64,000 nucleotides of DNA from Vicugna vicugna (Eukaryota). A program made the translations under genes and the position numbers. Location of the stretch: NCBI GenBank assembly GCA_013265495.1, contig MU058384.1, positions 6,344,956 through 6,408,955 of the forward strand, read 5' to 3'. Under the pieces are notes generated by a model, which ran no database searches, was not told where the DNA came from, and saw only the letters and a program-made list of their open reading frames with translations. Of the stretch, positions 50,266 to 63,060 are shown one piece after another (position 1 is the first letter of the stretch; each line of letters opens with the position of its first letter).

Positions 50266-52169
50266 ATTGTGGAAAAGTTTTAATAAATTATAAGGTCATA
50301 GAAGATAATAATCCATGGCATCTTCTTATGAATCTTTTTAAGCTCATGCAAAAATATAGAAAGTTGAAGTTAGAAAATTGTTTAAAATAAAAGCAAGCCT
50401 TAATGATGAATAGAGATTAAAATACACTTAACATGTCTACGTGGTAATTTTACCATTTAGGTACTCTACTATCTAAGTGCAATAAAACTATAATTGGCAA
50501 TTGGGAGTTACAACAGTTCTATAATTGATTCAACTTCAAGCAGAATTTCACTGAACTCTGAACAATATTGTCCAGTTGGATGGTATAAAAAAATACATGC
50601 TGTAAATATAGTTTTTTTGACTAGTCAAAAGGCCAAGTTCTTCCAAACAGATTTGTAGCCTCAAAAACAAGAATCTGATATTGGTTAAGTCTGAATAAAA
50701 AACACTGTATGCACGATGCACATTATCAGTTAGACTACTCAAGAAAAAAGCAATAGAAGAGTAACAGGATCTCAGGATTTTGATAATGCTACACTCTCAA
50801 AAATGAAAACATGATATAGGCTGAAACTGATAAAAATAATTCTTTTCTAGCACACTGTCAAAACACTGACAGAAGCTGGTGATTCTGAAGCTCTACATTT
50901 AGATGGTAAGTTGGCTGGTATATTCAATTCCATGCAACAGCTAGAAACCTGTCTAAACAGCTCAGAGAGCAGCTCAGGTTTTAAAGATGCGCTCGTGGCT
51001 ACAGTCAAAGATGATACTGTGGAATCTCTAAGAACAAAGAGCTGAGGGATAATCTAAAGTCATTAGGTATTCCAAGGGAGAAAAACAGACACAGAAAGGA
51101 GATTAATTTATTAAACTAACTCTAAAATGTTAATACACATTGTTAAACTAGCAGGTTTGATGCAAGAAAAGAAATACTATTAACATCTACATGTATATGA
51201 ACTTCTAAAAATATTTCTGAAACATACAATGTAAAATATGAATCCAAAGAATGTGAATTAATTTAGACCTCACAAGCTGAAATGTTACCAACAACATAAG
51301 TCAACTGATTCAGTCACAATATTTCCAAATGTAGGACTATTCAGGACAATATTTCCAAATGTAGGACTTAATGTTTAATATTAGGGAATCCAAAAACTGT
51401 AACTGAGTCTAAAATTTTACCTCATTTTACTTAATAGCCACTAATATTTTATTGAATAACATACAGTCCTTAAAATTAACAAGTGTTTTTTTCAAACCTT
51501 CTAGCCTGATGATAAATTTAGGTTAAACTCCCTCTCACTTTGATGTGAGTGAATCAGAGCAGAAAAAAATCTGCAGCCTTCTTTAGTACCATCAAAACAA
51601 GACTTTAAAATATCTCCATGTGTAAGAATACTACAGAAGCTATAAAAACAATAAATCTTCCTCAGCCTTTATTTGATTATGAGGAATATATTTCAGGGTA
51701 TCAAAGGAACTTCTGATTATTAGTAGAAATACTCTTTTGTATAATACAGACTCATTTATTTCTATTAACAAGTACAGCATTTATTTTAAAACTGTAGTAA
51801 ACTATAATTGGATATTAAAACTGTTTCTAAAAAATTATGAAGTTCTAACAGAGAATTTCAGACAAATATGAGAGTTAAATCTTACTTTAATTGCTTACCT
51901 CTTAAAGTTCCCTAGATCCTCTAAGGCAGACTGCAAAATAAGGTCCAGATACAATACAAAAAAAAAAATTGCTTAAGAACCAAATTTTGTTTTGATCACG
52001 TGCTGTTAAATAAGTGTTACATGTTAAATGCACTTTTTTTTAAACAAATGTTAAGTAAGAAATGAGTTCATGACTCAGTAATCCATTCTGAGAATAACAC
52101 TTTGGCTTTCTAAAATGTGCCAGGCTATTCATTACCTTAGTTTACAACAGCATACAAAAGCTTTTGAAC

Positions 52170-52990
52170 AAAACATTTATTGAATATTAGCAAGAATTGT
52201 GCTAAGAAGTAAAGATACAAGAAGAACAAGACCCACTATTATTACTCTTCAGTAGTTTATAATCTAGCAGAGAGACAAATATACAGATACAAATTCAGTT
52301 CCATGGGATAAGTCCCAGGACAGAGGTAAATGGCAAAGGTGCCCTGTAGAGGTCCCTGACCCAGCGTGGCTGACAGCGTAGGGAAGGAGGCGGCAACCTC
52401 AGAAGCTTGATGCGAGTGAGTGAGTCTCAAAGATCTGCAAGTTACCGGGTGAGGAAGAGGCCCACCAGGGAAGAAGCTATAGTGCTTGCAGAGGCATAGA
52501 ACCCACCGAGAGCCTGCGAGACTCAGGGAAACGGAAGAAGCCAAAAACAAGACGAGAGAGATGTAAGTAAGCACTTTACTACACATTTGGGGTTTTCTTT
52601 AGAAGACAAGAACAGACCTGTGAACCATATGAAGCCGAAAGTTGTGATCAGGTATGTCAATCAGGGCGACTACTCTTGGCACAACTTAAAGCAGAAAAAG
52701 ACAAGAGATAAAATACAGATCCTAAGGAGCTGGAGTCAGAGAACAACTTTGAGAGATACAAAAAATAAGAACAGACAGGATTTTGATACGGGGATACAGG
52801 AAAAAAGGATGCCTACCTGTTTTCTGAATTAACCTACTCAGTAGATGATGGCGCCACCCACCGAGATGGGAAGTACCGGGACAGAGGAGAAAGGGAGGAA
52901 AACTGCAAGAAGAGAGCCGGTGAGTTCAGTTTCCATCTGCAGAATCTGTAGACCTATGTTCTTCCAGGCAGGGATGTCTGCCCGGTGAGC
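52170..52990 (-). mobile_element. L2 LINE fragment
   Basis: acatttattgaat start (reverse of the L2 terminus); purine-rich body with gatggcgccacccaccgagatgggaa...tgagttcagttt. Confidence 0.7.
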
Positions 52991-54494
52991 ATGGAAGAAT
53001 GAAGACACATACTCATCAAAGACCATCTGAATACATCAGGTTATTGTAAGATCAGCTAACATTTATTGAGTGTTTACTCTAAGAAAGGCATGTGCTAAGT
53101 CCTTCATGTAACTTCTTTTTATTAGTCTCCCCACGCTACACATGAGGAAGAGTTTACTAAACTTCCCAATGGTCATAAAGTATTTACGTGTCAGGGATGT
53201 CTGATTTCACAACTCAAGTTCTTACCTTATGTGGTATCATGCAAAATCCATTATAGGTTTTAGAGCCAGATAGAAGTGGGTTCAATTCTAACCTCTGCTA
53301 CCTAACAGTTGTTCAACCTTGATATTCTCTGGGCCATAATCTCCTCATGGTGACCATAGCAACCACACTGCAAGGATGTGGTCAGGATTGGAGAGAGTAC
53401 ACAGAAAGTGCTAGATGTGCATTATACCTGCAACAACTGGCCCCTATTGTTATGTCTATGCCTTGAGGGAAAAAAAAACTTCTTGAAATAAAATAACTAT
53501 GATCTAAGTTAATTCCCTTTCATCTTATTATGAACTTTCTTTTAATGCCACCCTATTTGTTTTTTATCTTAATAAACACCAAGTATCATTTTCCAAAAGG
53601 TTTTGAGACAATAATTAATATATTCTGCAAGATTTAAAGTTATTTAAAGATTTCATTCAAATAGAAATAATTTCATTGTAATGGGAGTTTATTCCATAGT
53701 GATGAAAAGTCCAAATAAGGAAACTCAAAAGCAATAAGGCATGTGGATGTTAAGGAGAGAGCTTTGGACTTGGAGTCAGAAGATCTTTGAGAAGTCCCAA
53801 CTCTGACGCTTACTAGCCATGCCAACATGGGCAAGTTATTTAATAGTCCCAAGCAACGCTTTGCACATGTACAAGATGAACAGATTGGCCGATATGTTCT
53901 TCTAAGTCTAATGATGCTGAAGAAGAGGGATTTATGATGTTTATAAAATCAAAGCCATTGAGCCATTAACATTTGACACAAGCAACCAGTTTCCTGTGGT
54001 TTAAGCCAGAAGCGCCCATTCTTGATGGCCTATCAGACTATCAGACCATCCACAGACCAGGAGCTTCCACTCTGACCCTGACCAGATCCTGACCCTCAGG
54101 TGGAAAGCTCAGTGCTGGGGAGGGAACCGAGAAAGAGTGAATGAGAGCATTCTTTCCTTCTCTCAATACCTCTCCACTCTTACCAACAATTTAGCACAGG
54201 GTCTGAGCTGAGAGACCAGAAGATCACTCAATACTTCTAATTCTCAAATCTGACTGAAAATTAACAACACTGAGGACTGAAATTTTTACTTTAAATACTG
54301 AGTTCCACAACCCTAAAATATCACTGGGAGGAAACTCTATTATGATTTACAAGGGCTGGGTTTCATTTTGTAAAAGGTGGTGTGAAGTATCTTGGGTAAC
54401 AACTTCACTTTAATGTTAAGCCTAAGAATATATTCTCTTTAGCCTCTTTTAACTGTATTGAAAGAAAAATTTGTTCTTAAGAATACACACACCC

Positions 54495-54614
54495 TAAGGT
54501 AATTGACTGGATCAACCATCCCGGCTTGCAAGGACTCCACCTGCTTTAGCTCTGAAAATTTCATGTCCCAGGAAACTCCTGGGTCTCTGGAAGGAGGGAC
54601 AGTTGGTCAGTCTA
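54495..54614. mobile_element. MER81-like hAT MITE
   Basis: caaccatcccggcttgc...ttagctctgaaaatttcatgtcccaggaaac...gggacagttggtca resembles the recalled MER81. Confidence 0.65.
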
Positions 54615-56087
54615 ACACAAACACACACACAAACACACACACATGCACACAACCCTTAGTGTGTTAGAACAAAGTACAGATTAACAGTAGCCCTCCCACA
54701 AAGCATCACCACTAAGATGTCATCACTCATTCAGGTATGGTCACACTCACAGCCTTCTGACACCACTGGGATCCACAAAAATGCAAGTGACATCATTAAG
54801 CTGACTATCATCCACTCTAGTAGAGTCCATGCTACGAATACTTAAGTTTGATAACCAGCAATTCAAAAAAAATTATTTTGAAGCCCTTGCCTCCCAAATG
54901 CTATTTGTCCACTTTTCTAAAACACTCAGGCAATTTTTGAGGAATTCTTTACCACTTGACAGGCTTTTTAATAGTTTTATGGCTTGTAATTTTTTGTTAC
55001 AATCACTTTCCTCTAATGATGTCATGTGAAATTAAATAATAGTATAATAAAAAATAATTAGACAATGGTTATGTCTGTATATAAATGAAAAATTCAATTA
55101 TCATTTCATTTAAATAAAGCACTTAATAGAAAACAAATTAAATTAACTTGGAATGGCATATATACACCAGAACACATGTCACTCTGCATTTGAAAATTAA
55201 TCATTGATTATAAAAAATAAAATCAATCATTGATTATAGCAATCTTTTCCAGAATCACATTATCACACACAAATACACTGTTTTCAGCTGCCTGATGGAA
55301 ACATGAGGCTCTAAGATCAAATCATGATCATACAAGCTAAAGAGCATCCGTCTGCCTAACACACACTTGGTAAGTACACATATCTCCTTACTCGTGACAT
55401 TGCTAGTCGTCTGTGGGCAGAACAGCTTGGGCCGCAGTTGGCAGTGCTGTGGGAGCCGGAGGTAGGGTAGGGGGAAACCTCCTACTGACTCCAGCTCCAC
55501 ACACTAAAGAACTAGTGCCATGGGGACACTACTAAGAGGAGGAAAGGTCATACAAATCCTTTCCCTCTGAGCAATTCAAATCTTAGAATGACTGCCACCA
55601 ATCTAAGCCAATGGTTGCACAGCATTCTTCACTCTGTGAAGAGCTTAGCAAAACAGCAAAATAAGGAAAGGCCTTCAGGACTGTGGTCACCATCCTTGAC
55701 ATGAACAATAGGCACGCCAGTAATGTTCTGCTTTCATGCTTCTGACATTCAACAACAAATGCACTGTCTAAAGCACACCTGGAATAAAACCCAATAGAGG
55801 AGATGTGTAAAACTGCTTAGACCTGGCTTGATTTCAAGGCCCTAGTCTTACTACCACTGGCTTTACAAGCAGACAATCAAGGAAGACCTCAAAATATGAC
55901 ACCGTTAAGCAGAAGCAGCAAACGTTTCCAAAGGTCCGTTTTATGATCTTGAAAGAGAATCCAAAAATCAACTGAAAAATATTTGTAACAAAAAACTTGC
56001 TTTTTACAATATATTCCTTTCAGTATGATTTTTGAGTTGTCTTACCACAGCACTGTTCTGCAAACTTGAGATTGAATTAAGACTTAC

Positions 56088-56120
56088 TGATTGTTCATTT
56101 AAATCCTGGGAGTCTTCCAT
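56088..56120 (-). CDS. EYA4: EYA transcriptional coactivator and phosphatase 4, first coding segment (MEDSQDLNEQS, 11 codons; partial CDS)
   Basis: Minus strand reads CCAC-ATG-GAA-GAC-TCC-CAG-GAT-TTA-AAT-GAA-CAA-TCA|gtaagt. This matches the recalled N-terminus of mammalian EYA4 (MEDSQDLNEQS|VKKTC...). It ends at a phase-0 GT donor. Three in-frame stops lie upstream in the same exon, so this ATG is a true start. Confidence 0.95.
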
Positions 56121-56186
56121 GTGGTTTCCTTACTTCTCCTGCCACTCCTAAGCAGAAGCAGCTTCCTTCAATTAAAAATGGACTAT
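56121..56186 (-). other. EYA4: 5' UTR part of the EYA4 start-codon exon (whole exon 56088-56186, 99 nt)
   Basis: Strong acceptor ttccccctttgttttcatctttttgttttag|ATAGTCC (AG at 56188-56187). There are 66 nt of UTR with no upstream ATG. The sequence closely resembles recalled human EYA4 exon 2. Confidence 0.9.
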
Positions 56187-56578
56187 CTAAAACAAAAAGA
56201 TGAAAACAAAGGGGGAAAATGAAAAAGTTATCTTTTTAAATTAATTTTAATTACCAAAACTATGATTTACGTGATAGCTGGTCATCGGTAACCTGTAAGC
56301 ACTATCTTTAAAGAACAAAATTCAGTAATATTGTTCCTATATCTGATAGAAATAATGATCTTGAAAATCACATCATGGTAAAACTGAGACATACAAACAG
56401 CTACTCAGAAATCCTACAGATAAACAAAACACATCTGAGGACAACTTTAGAGATGCAGTCTATAATAAACAGTCCACTATTTTGCTGAGAAGTCTGTCAT
56501 TAAGCAATTGACAGATTAAACACTGAGTATGCATTAACCATTCACTTTCTAAAATACATAAAATTGAGAAAGTATGAG

Positions 56579-56704
56579 TGGGGAGGATATAGCTCAGTGG
56601 TAGAGTGAGTGTTCAGCATGCATGAGGTCCTGGGTTCAATCACAAGTATCTCCATTTAAAAAATGATAAAAACAAATTAATAAACCTAATTACCCCCCCA
56701 AAAA
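56579..56704 (+). mobile_element. Vic-1-type SINE
   Basis: Family head and tail; TSD-like aaattgagaaa / aaaatgagaaa. Confidence 0.92.
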
Positions 56705-56809
56705 TGAGAAAATATAACGTGTATTTTAATATGACAGCTTTCTGTTACAGGAAAATGTGTCTGAATTACCAGACGATCATTATTCAGTTCTAAAGAATAT
56801 GTTACAAAA

Positions 56810-59300
56810 TGGAAACGCCAATTTTAAAAAGACTGAAAATAAAATTATTATGATAAAGAAGGTATTACAGATATATATGGGAAGGACAACTGATCAATAA
56901 ACTATGGTGAGACAATCAGGTAACCACTCAAAAAAAATTCATCTTTACTCCATACAATACAGTTAAAAAATTTCCAGGCAAAATGAGTTTTAAAAAACTC
57001 TAAGAAACATAGGCATATGTGTATTTTAACTCACAATAAAGAATTTTTCAATAGAAGCAACAAAATGTAACACAAAAAAGCCAAACATCCCCTTGAACAT
57101 ATAACACAAATAATCACACACATAATTAAAAAACACATGAAAATATAAAAAGAAATATCTACACAAATATCAAACACAACAGGCTAATGCCTTACAATCC
57201 AAGTAGAAAGGCACATACAGCCCTGTAGAAAATGGTCAGTCACCACAAAACCAATACTCAAACTCACTAATAAATGAAATGCTCTTTAAAAGAGCAATGA
57301 TGTATTTCTAGCCCTTCAAATTCTAATTCTAAAAGTAAAATTAAAAGAATATGAGGTTAAAAAAAGACTTACATAGGAAATATGTTGATCATAGACATAA
57401 ACATAGATGTAAATCGTTAAACTCACATTTCAAGGAATATTTAATGACACCAAAAACTTCTGAAAATATAATTTAAGTGGAAAATAAGTACTCCAATCAG
57501 CAGAAACAACATGTTTCCAACACAGCTTATCAAACATTCACCATATGCAGATGTTGCGCTCAGTTTTACATACTCCTACTACAACCAGGTAGATGTGGTT
57601 TTAACTTCTTTTCTTTCCTGCTTTGCAGTATGTTCTACAATAAACCTGACTTTCCTTATTAGAATACAAGATGTTTTAAAAATTACAAAGGAAACTTAAA
57701 ATGTAAGTTGTTTTATGCATACACAAACACAAGAGACAGATCAAAGATTTTTTTCAGTTTTAGGAGTTAGAAGTCATAAAACGGTCACGGTAATTTACAT
57801 GTATGTAATGTGACAGTCTCAGTAAGATGCTGATGAAAAATACTCCAAAACCAGAAAAGTGTCATTTCAAGGAAAAGCACAATTTTAAAGTGCATTTAAG
57901 ATGGGGAGGGGGAGGGTATATATTAAGCACACTGAAAGGTGTTGTGGTATACATATGAATTCAGGAATTGTAGATTTAAAGATGTTATTCTTTGTGTTGG
58001 GAGTGGGCTGAGAAATGGTGACTGGAAGAAGCCCAACTCTTCGCCATTTACCTCACACTTCCATCTTTCTTCTCCTGTCCTCCCCCATCTCCTTACGGAT
58101 TGGTTCCTCACATCAAATCTGTGTCTCTTACTCTGATCTGGCTTCTTGCTGATCCCTTACTTGCTCCTCCCACCTTAGCAAACCTCCTGATCCTTTTCCC
58201 TGCACACTGCCCCCTCCCACAGCCACCAGGGCCACACTGGCTCAGCCTCGCCTTGGATGTGGTGTCGGCCACCAGTCCAATTGATACCAACCTGCTAAGA
58301 CTCAGTACCTGCCAGCATCATGAGCCCCCTCCTCTCCTCCAGGAAGGAATTGTGACGGATCATCTTCCTTGGAGCCATTTTCCCCTCACTATCTGGTTAA
58401 CAAAGTAGCCCAGTGCTCTCTTAAAGGGGAGACTCTGATGTTCCTTTTCATTCTAACATATAGATGGGTAAGGTGAATGGTAAAAACACTGTACTGCTTT
58501 ACAAGCAGAAGGGACAATGGATTCAGCTATGTAAAAACATAACAAAAACTTTTGCATTTCTTAACAGAGAAAGACAGCCCCAAAAGCAACAGGACACAAC
58601 AGATTATGAAAAATATCTTCAATAAATATTATAATTATAAGCAAAATGTGAAAAAACTTCAATAAAAATTATAAGTGATTAAGCAAAGGTATGACAATAC
58701 AAATCTCTATTAAAAATGTAAATAATAAACAAAGATTTGGTAAAGTGTTCACCTTCACAGTTGCCAAAATATGTAAACTTAAGGAACAAGTATACATTTT
58801 GGATTCCTATATACATCTTCAATAACTCAAATCATTTTAAATATTACTAATGCCCAGTGTCACAAAGGATACAGTGATAATACTGCCCTCATTCAACTGC
58901 CAGTGATAATGTCAGGCTTTCTAACATATTTAGAAAGCGATCTGTCACCGCATTTTAAAACATGTTTAAACTCTTACCCATTAACTTTCCTAAGGAGTAA
59001 ACTATCTCCCCCACTAAAAGTCACAAGGTATTCACTACAGTGTTATTAATGATAATAAAAGCCAGAAAGCCTCACTTTTGTCAAGCACTGATTAAACAAA
59101 TTATGGTCAATAAACGTAATATAATATAGCTTTAGGAAAAACATAATTATAAAAATGACATGGAAAAGCAAAAATTACTGATTGTGTATTAAGTGAAAAA
59201 ATCAGAACAATATTTTAGCTCTGCTAACACTCATGTAATCTAAGCATGTACCTGGATATTGATTTAAAAGAAACATTAAAAATAAAAATAACTTGATACA
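56810..59300 (+). mobile_element. Scattered very old L1 (L1ME-like) ORF2 and 3' remnants (discontinuous)
   Basis: A-rich stretches with L1-like words (ggacaactgatcaataaactatggtgagacaatcaggtaacc; aatactcaaactcactaataaatg; ttaaacaaattatggt). Confidence 0.45.
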
Positions 59301-59948
59301 GAATTATATCTTTGGCTTCACATACTTTGAATATTGCTGACTTTATTGTCTGTGCAGTAAATAAAAAAAAAACTTTTCCATTATAATACAGGAGCACAGA
59401 GTAAGTAAAACCAAAATGATACTAAAATGACTTTACAAGATCAGTTAAAAGGGTAGTAATCAGTGAAAATGAATTTTCTAGGTAGCAGAATCTTCCTCCA
59501 AGTGGCCTCTGCAGCTTTCTCCATGCAGTAAATTTCGAAGCTGTGTATCTCTTTAAGCTCAGGTACTCCGTATCTTATTTACAGAGTGTCACCTACAGCA
59601 CCCAGCTCAGTGCCTGGCAAGCACTAGGTGGCTAACAAATATTAACTGAACCAATGACACAATTAATTAGTGGATGAAAGCATAATGTATCTGACGATGT
59701 GAACAAAAAATGTAAACAGCCACATGATTTAACTTTCGAAAATTCTGTCTCAAACAAAGGGCTATTTTAAGAAAAATCCTGTTTTGTCCCATGTTTTTCA
59801 GGAAGAATATTGAAATTTTTCAGAAAATTCAATATAAAGAATTAGTCCACTAGGTATTTTCCTATTTGCCTGACCTAACAATAAAATATAATAACATTAC
59901 TACTGCTGCCAATTTAACCTGCTATTTACTTTTAACATAGCATGTCAT

Positions 59949-60432
59949 TGTAGTTTCCTAAGGTTGCTATAAAAAAGTACTACAGACAGGGGGGCTTAAC
60001 AAAAGAAGTGTATTCTCTCATACTTTTGACAGCAAGAAGCCCTAACTGAACACATTGGCAGGTCCACGCCCTCTCTGGAGGCTCTAGAAAAAAATCATTC
60101 TTTGCCTCTTCCTAGTTTCTGGTGTTTGCCAACTATCCTCGGCATCCCCTGGCTTGTACATGCATCACACCAATCTCCATTTCCCGGTCACACGGTATTC
60201 TCCCTGCCCATCTCTCCACATGGCCTCTTCTGGGGATGCATCCCTGTGTCCAAATTTTCCTGTTCGTACAAGTACCCTAGTCATCAGATTAGGATCTACT
60301 CTAACCCAGTAAAACCACATCTTAACTTGATGACACCTGTAAAGACCCTATTTCTAAATGAGGTCGCATTCACAGGGAAGGGGGCTAAAACTTAAATATA
60401 TCTTTAGGGGGGACACAATTCAACCCAAAACA
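59949..60432 (-). mobile_element. MLT1C-like MaLR solo LTR
   Basis: TG...CA-bounded element of about 480 bp with ggaggctctag...ttgcctcttcctagtttctggtg...aaagaccctatttctaaatgaggtcgcattc...ggggggacacaattcaaccc. Confidence 0.88.
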
Positions 60433-62699
60433 TATGTACAATTATCACACTAAAATGATTATTAAGGTGTGATTAAGGTTTAAATGTAATAGTTCCAGAA
60501 AGGATACACAAGAATGAAATTGTGGATATTGGTCATTAGGAAAAAAGTGATCATTTTCTAGAAGGACCACCGTCTTAGGGCACCGGTGATAACTCAAGTG
60601 AAATTAAAAATTTAAGACTTCAGGAAAGCTGTTGAAGCATAAGAGAACGAAGCAAAAACTCTCCTTTTTCGTTAACCTCTGGTTCAGAATCTATTTAATG
60701 TTCCAGCTGGGAAGCTATTTGCATCAATGTTCCATGTTATAACATAATACTCTGCTTTATATTTCCTTAAAATTGAGATTAATTGTTACTTAGTTCAACT
60801 GTTTTACGGTAACATGAATTTCTTTCTTTGCCAAACACACTGAAGTACTAAAATATTATGAGCCCGGTGATTTTATATTATTGAACCAAGTAAAACTACC
60901 TGGGTTAATTGCAGACACAGTATTATTTTACATCATAATTTAGCAACGGTTGTAATGCTAAGTCCTTCAACATGTAGCTTTCACAAATACATAAGAAAAG
61001 GACAAGAACACTCTTCGAATCAAGTAGGAGAAGTATTACCTCATAATAAAGATATAAAATTAAGGAATAACAGTAACCTCATGCTGTTTTATGAGGCAAT
61101 AATCTAGTTCCCAGCTCTATTTCAAGGCCATTTCCCCAGAAAAGGTGAGTTTAAAGCAGGAACAATAGTGACCTCACCCATTCCACGTTTGATTATTTCT
61201 TCTGAAGTGAGGTTTTCAATATACAGAAAATTGATCATATCCTTTTCTTGAACTGTGCTCTAGACATGAGGCGGAAACTCTTGTCTCTTAGAAAATCAGA
61301 ATTTAAAAAATTAGCAATTCTTCTAATTTAAATATATAATGAGATTGATATATAAAAGGTTAAAAACAATTCTCAGAAATGGAATGAGGTACTGAGACGT
61401 GGTCCAGGTGGTAGACGGCAAGAGACCCTGCGCCTTCAAGAAAAAGATGCTGACGGAATTTAGAGGAGTTCGTGGAGTTTGTATGATGTAATCCTAATCC
61501 TCTGTCTTCCTAATCAAACCTTCAAAAAAACTAGATTGCCCAGGCATGCTTTACTATGGCAGAATAAGTGCAAATGTGAGCGGGGTGGCTCTCTGTCCCG
61601 GGGCTGGAGCTGGCATGGGATGCTCCACCTCTGGACGACATACACAGAGGCCTCCCCGCTGGTCCCTAAAGCCTGCTGCCTGGGCTTTGTCATCCACAAC
61701 TTGCCCGCTCCTTTCCACATTCAGTAAATCACCAGGTCCTATCAATACCTCATAGAGTTCACTCAGATTCTCTTCTCGCTGCTACCAAAAGCCATCATCG
61801 TCCTGGGACTGGAGCAACAACTTAAGGACACTCCAGTCTTGCTTCCTGGATCTCCTTTTTCCCAGTGCAATCAGAATGACCATTTTAAAATAAAGATCTG
61901 ATTGCATTCTCTTAAAACAACCCAGAGCTTTACCACTTTCTTAGGAGAAACTGGAAGTTCTTTCATTGGTCCCACCTGCAGCTATGGCCGCACATCCCTC
62001 TGCCAAAATGTCCCATGACGGGTAACCAGCAGTCAGGTGCTTTTGCTCCCTGGGGCCATGGACCAAAGCGGGAGTCCAGAGGGAGAGCTCCATCTTCCTT
62101 CTCCCAAAGATCCACACCTTGCTCCACTGTCCTCGCCATCCCCTCACCCTGTCACTTCCATCACACTGCCCTGCAGCTGAAAGGCTGGGGATTCTACCAG
62201 GAGCCTGCTGTGAGGATACGTGCACAGCAGAGGCTGTTTCTTCTTGCTGAGGTGCAGAGAAAAAAGGAGAGGGAAAGAGACTACACTCCCCTGCCCGTAT
62301 TCCAAATGTCTAGTATATCCCTAGGGAAAGATGGAAAGATGGCAGCCTGCCCAAACGTGTTCTAGCCCCTGTGCAGACTCTGGAATGGGGTGACGGAGGT
62401 GCATGGTTAGTTCCACCCATAGCCTCCAGCAGTCCCTCTTAACCTAGCTGGAGAATTTATATACACGTGCAGTTTCCTGGGCCAAGGGAGGATGTCACTC
62501 CATTATATTCCATCTTTCAGAACAGCTAATCTATTGTTTGACATACAGATTTTCAAACTGCAAGTGAATTTTCAAAATCATCTGTATACAAAATTAAGGT
62601 TTGCTGCATGGGGATATATATACATCTATTACACTGACCCATATTCAGCTTATAAACCATTAGGTTCCCCGGGGCTTTTCCAGTTCCACCAAATTACTT

Positions 62700-63060
62700 C
62701 TATCTAATGACTCACAATGCCTTCCAATTGTTTAGGATGCAGGGCTGAGAAAGTACCAGGTCAGTCCTCCTTCAGCAGCAAAATCTCTAGGATATAAAAC
62801 TTGGGGGCTCTTTATTGTCATGTGTAAAAAGCTGGTCTACTAGGGAGAGACAGAAGAGAACTGACCCAGAAAGAGAAGTAAAAGCAGCAGGAGATGGCAA
62901 GAAAGTCCTGGCAGAACTGAAGTGCCTGGATCTTGTCACTTCTAAAGTCTCACCGTTTCTCTGCCCTTCTTACTGCTTGGTTGTTAGATTCTTCCTTGGA
63001 TTCCATGAACAAGTCTCATAATCTCCAATTAAATTTCTCTCCTTTATTAAGCATATTGCT
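62700..63060. mobile_element. Possible old MaLR LTR remnant
   Basis: gagagacagaagagaa...aagtgcctggatc...ttccatgaac...aattaaatttctctcctttattaagc resembles the MLT1 3' half. Confidence 0.4.

Larger units (their letters stand above)
1..56087 (-). other. EYA4: EYA4 intron downstream of the start exon (partial, continues past the left edge)
   Basis: Begins GTAAGT at 56087. The next expected coding sequence (VKKTCTESD...) was not found in the window. The plus strand looks A-rich throughout, consistent with minus-strand transcription. Confidence 0.85.

Noticed and set aside
52838..52858. CTCF-like cagtagatgatggcgcc
   Set aside because: The motif spacing is broken by an extra 3 nt, and the sequence is an ordinary part of an L2 remnant.
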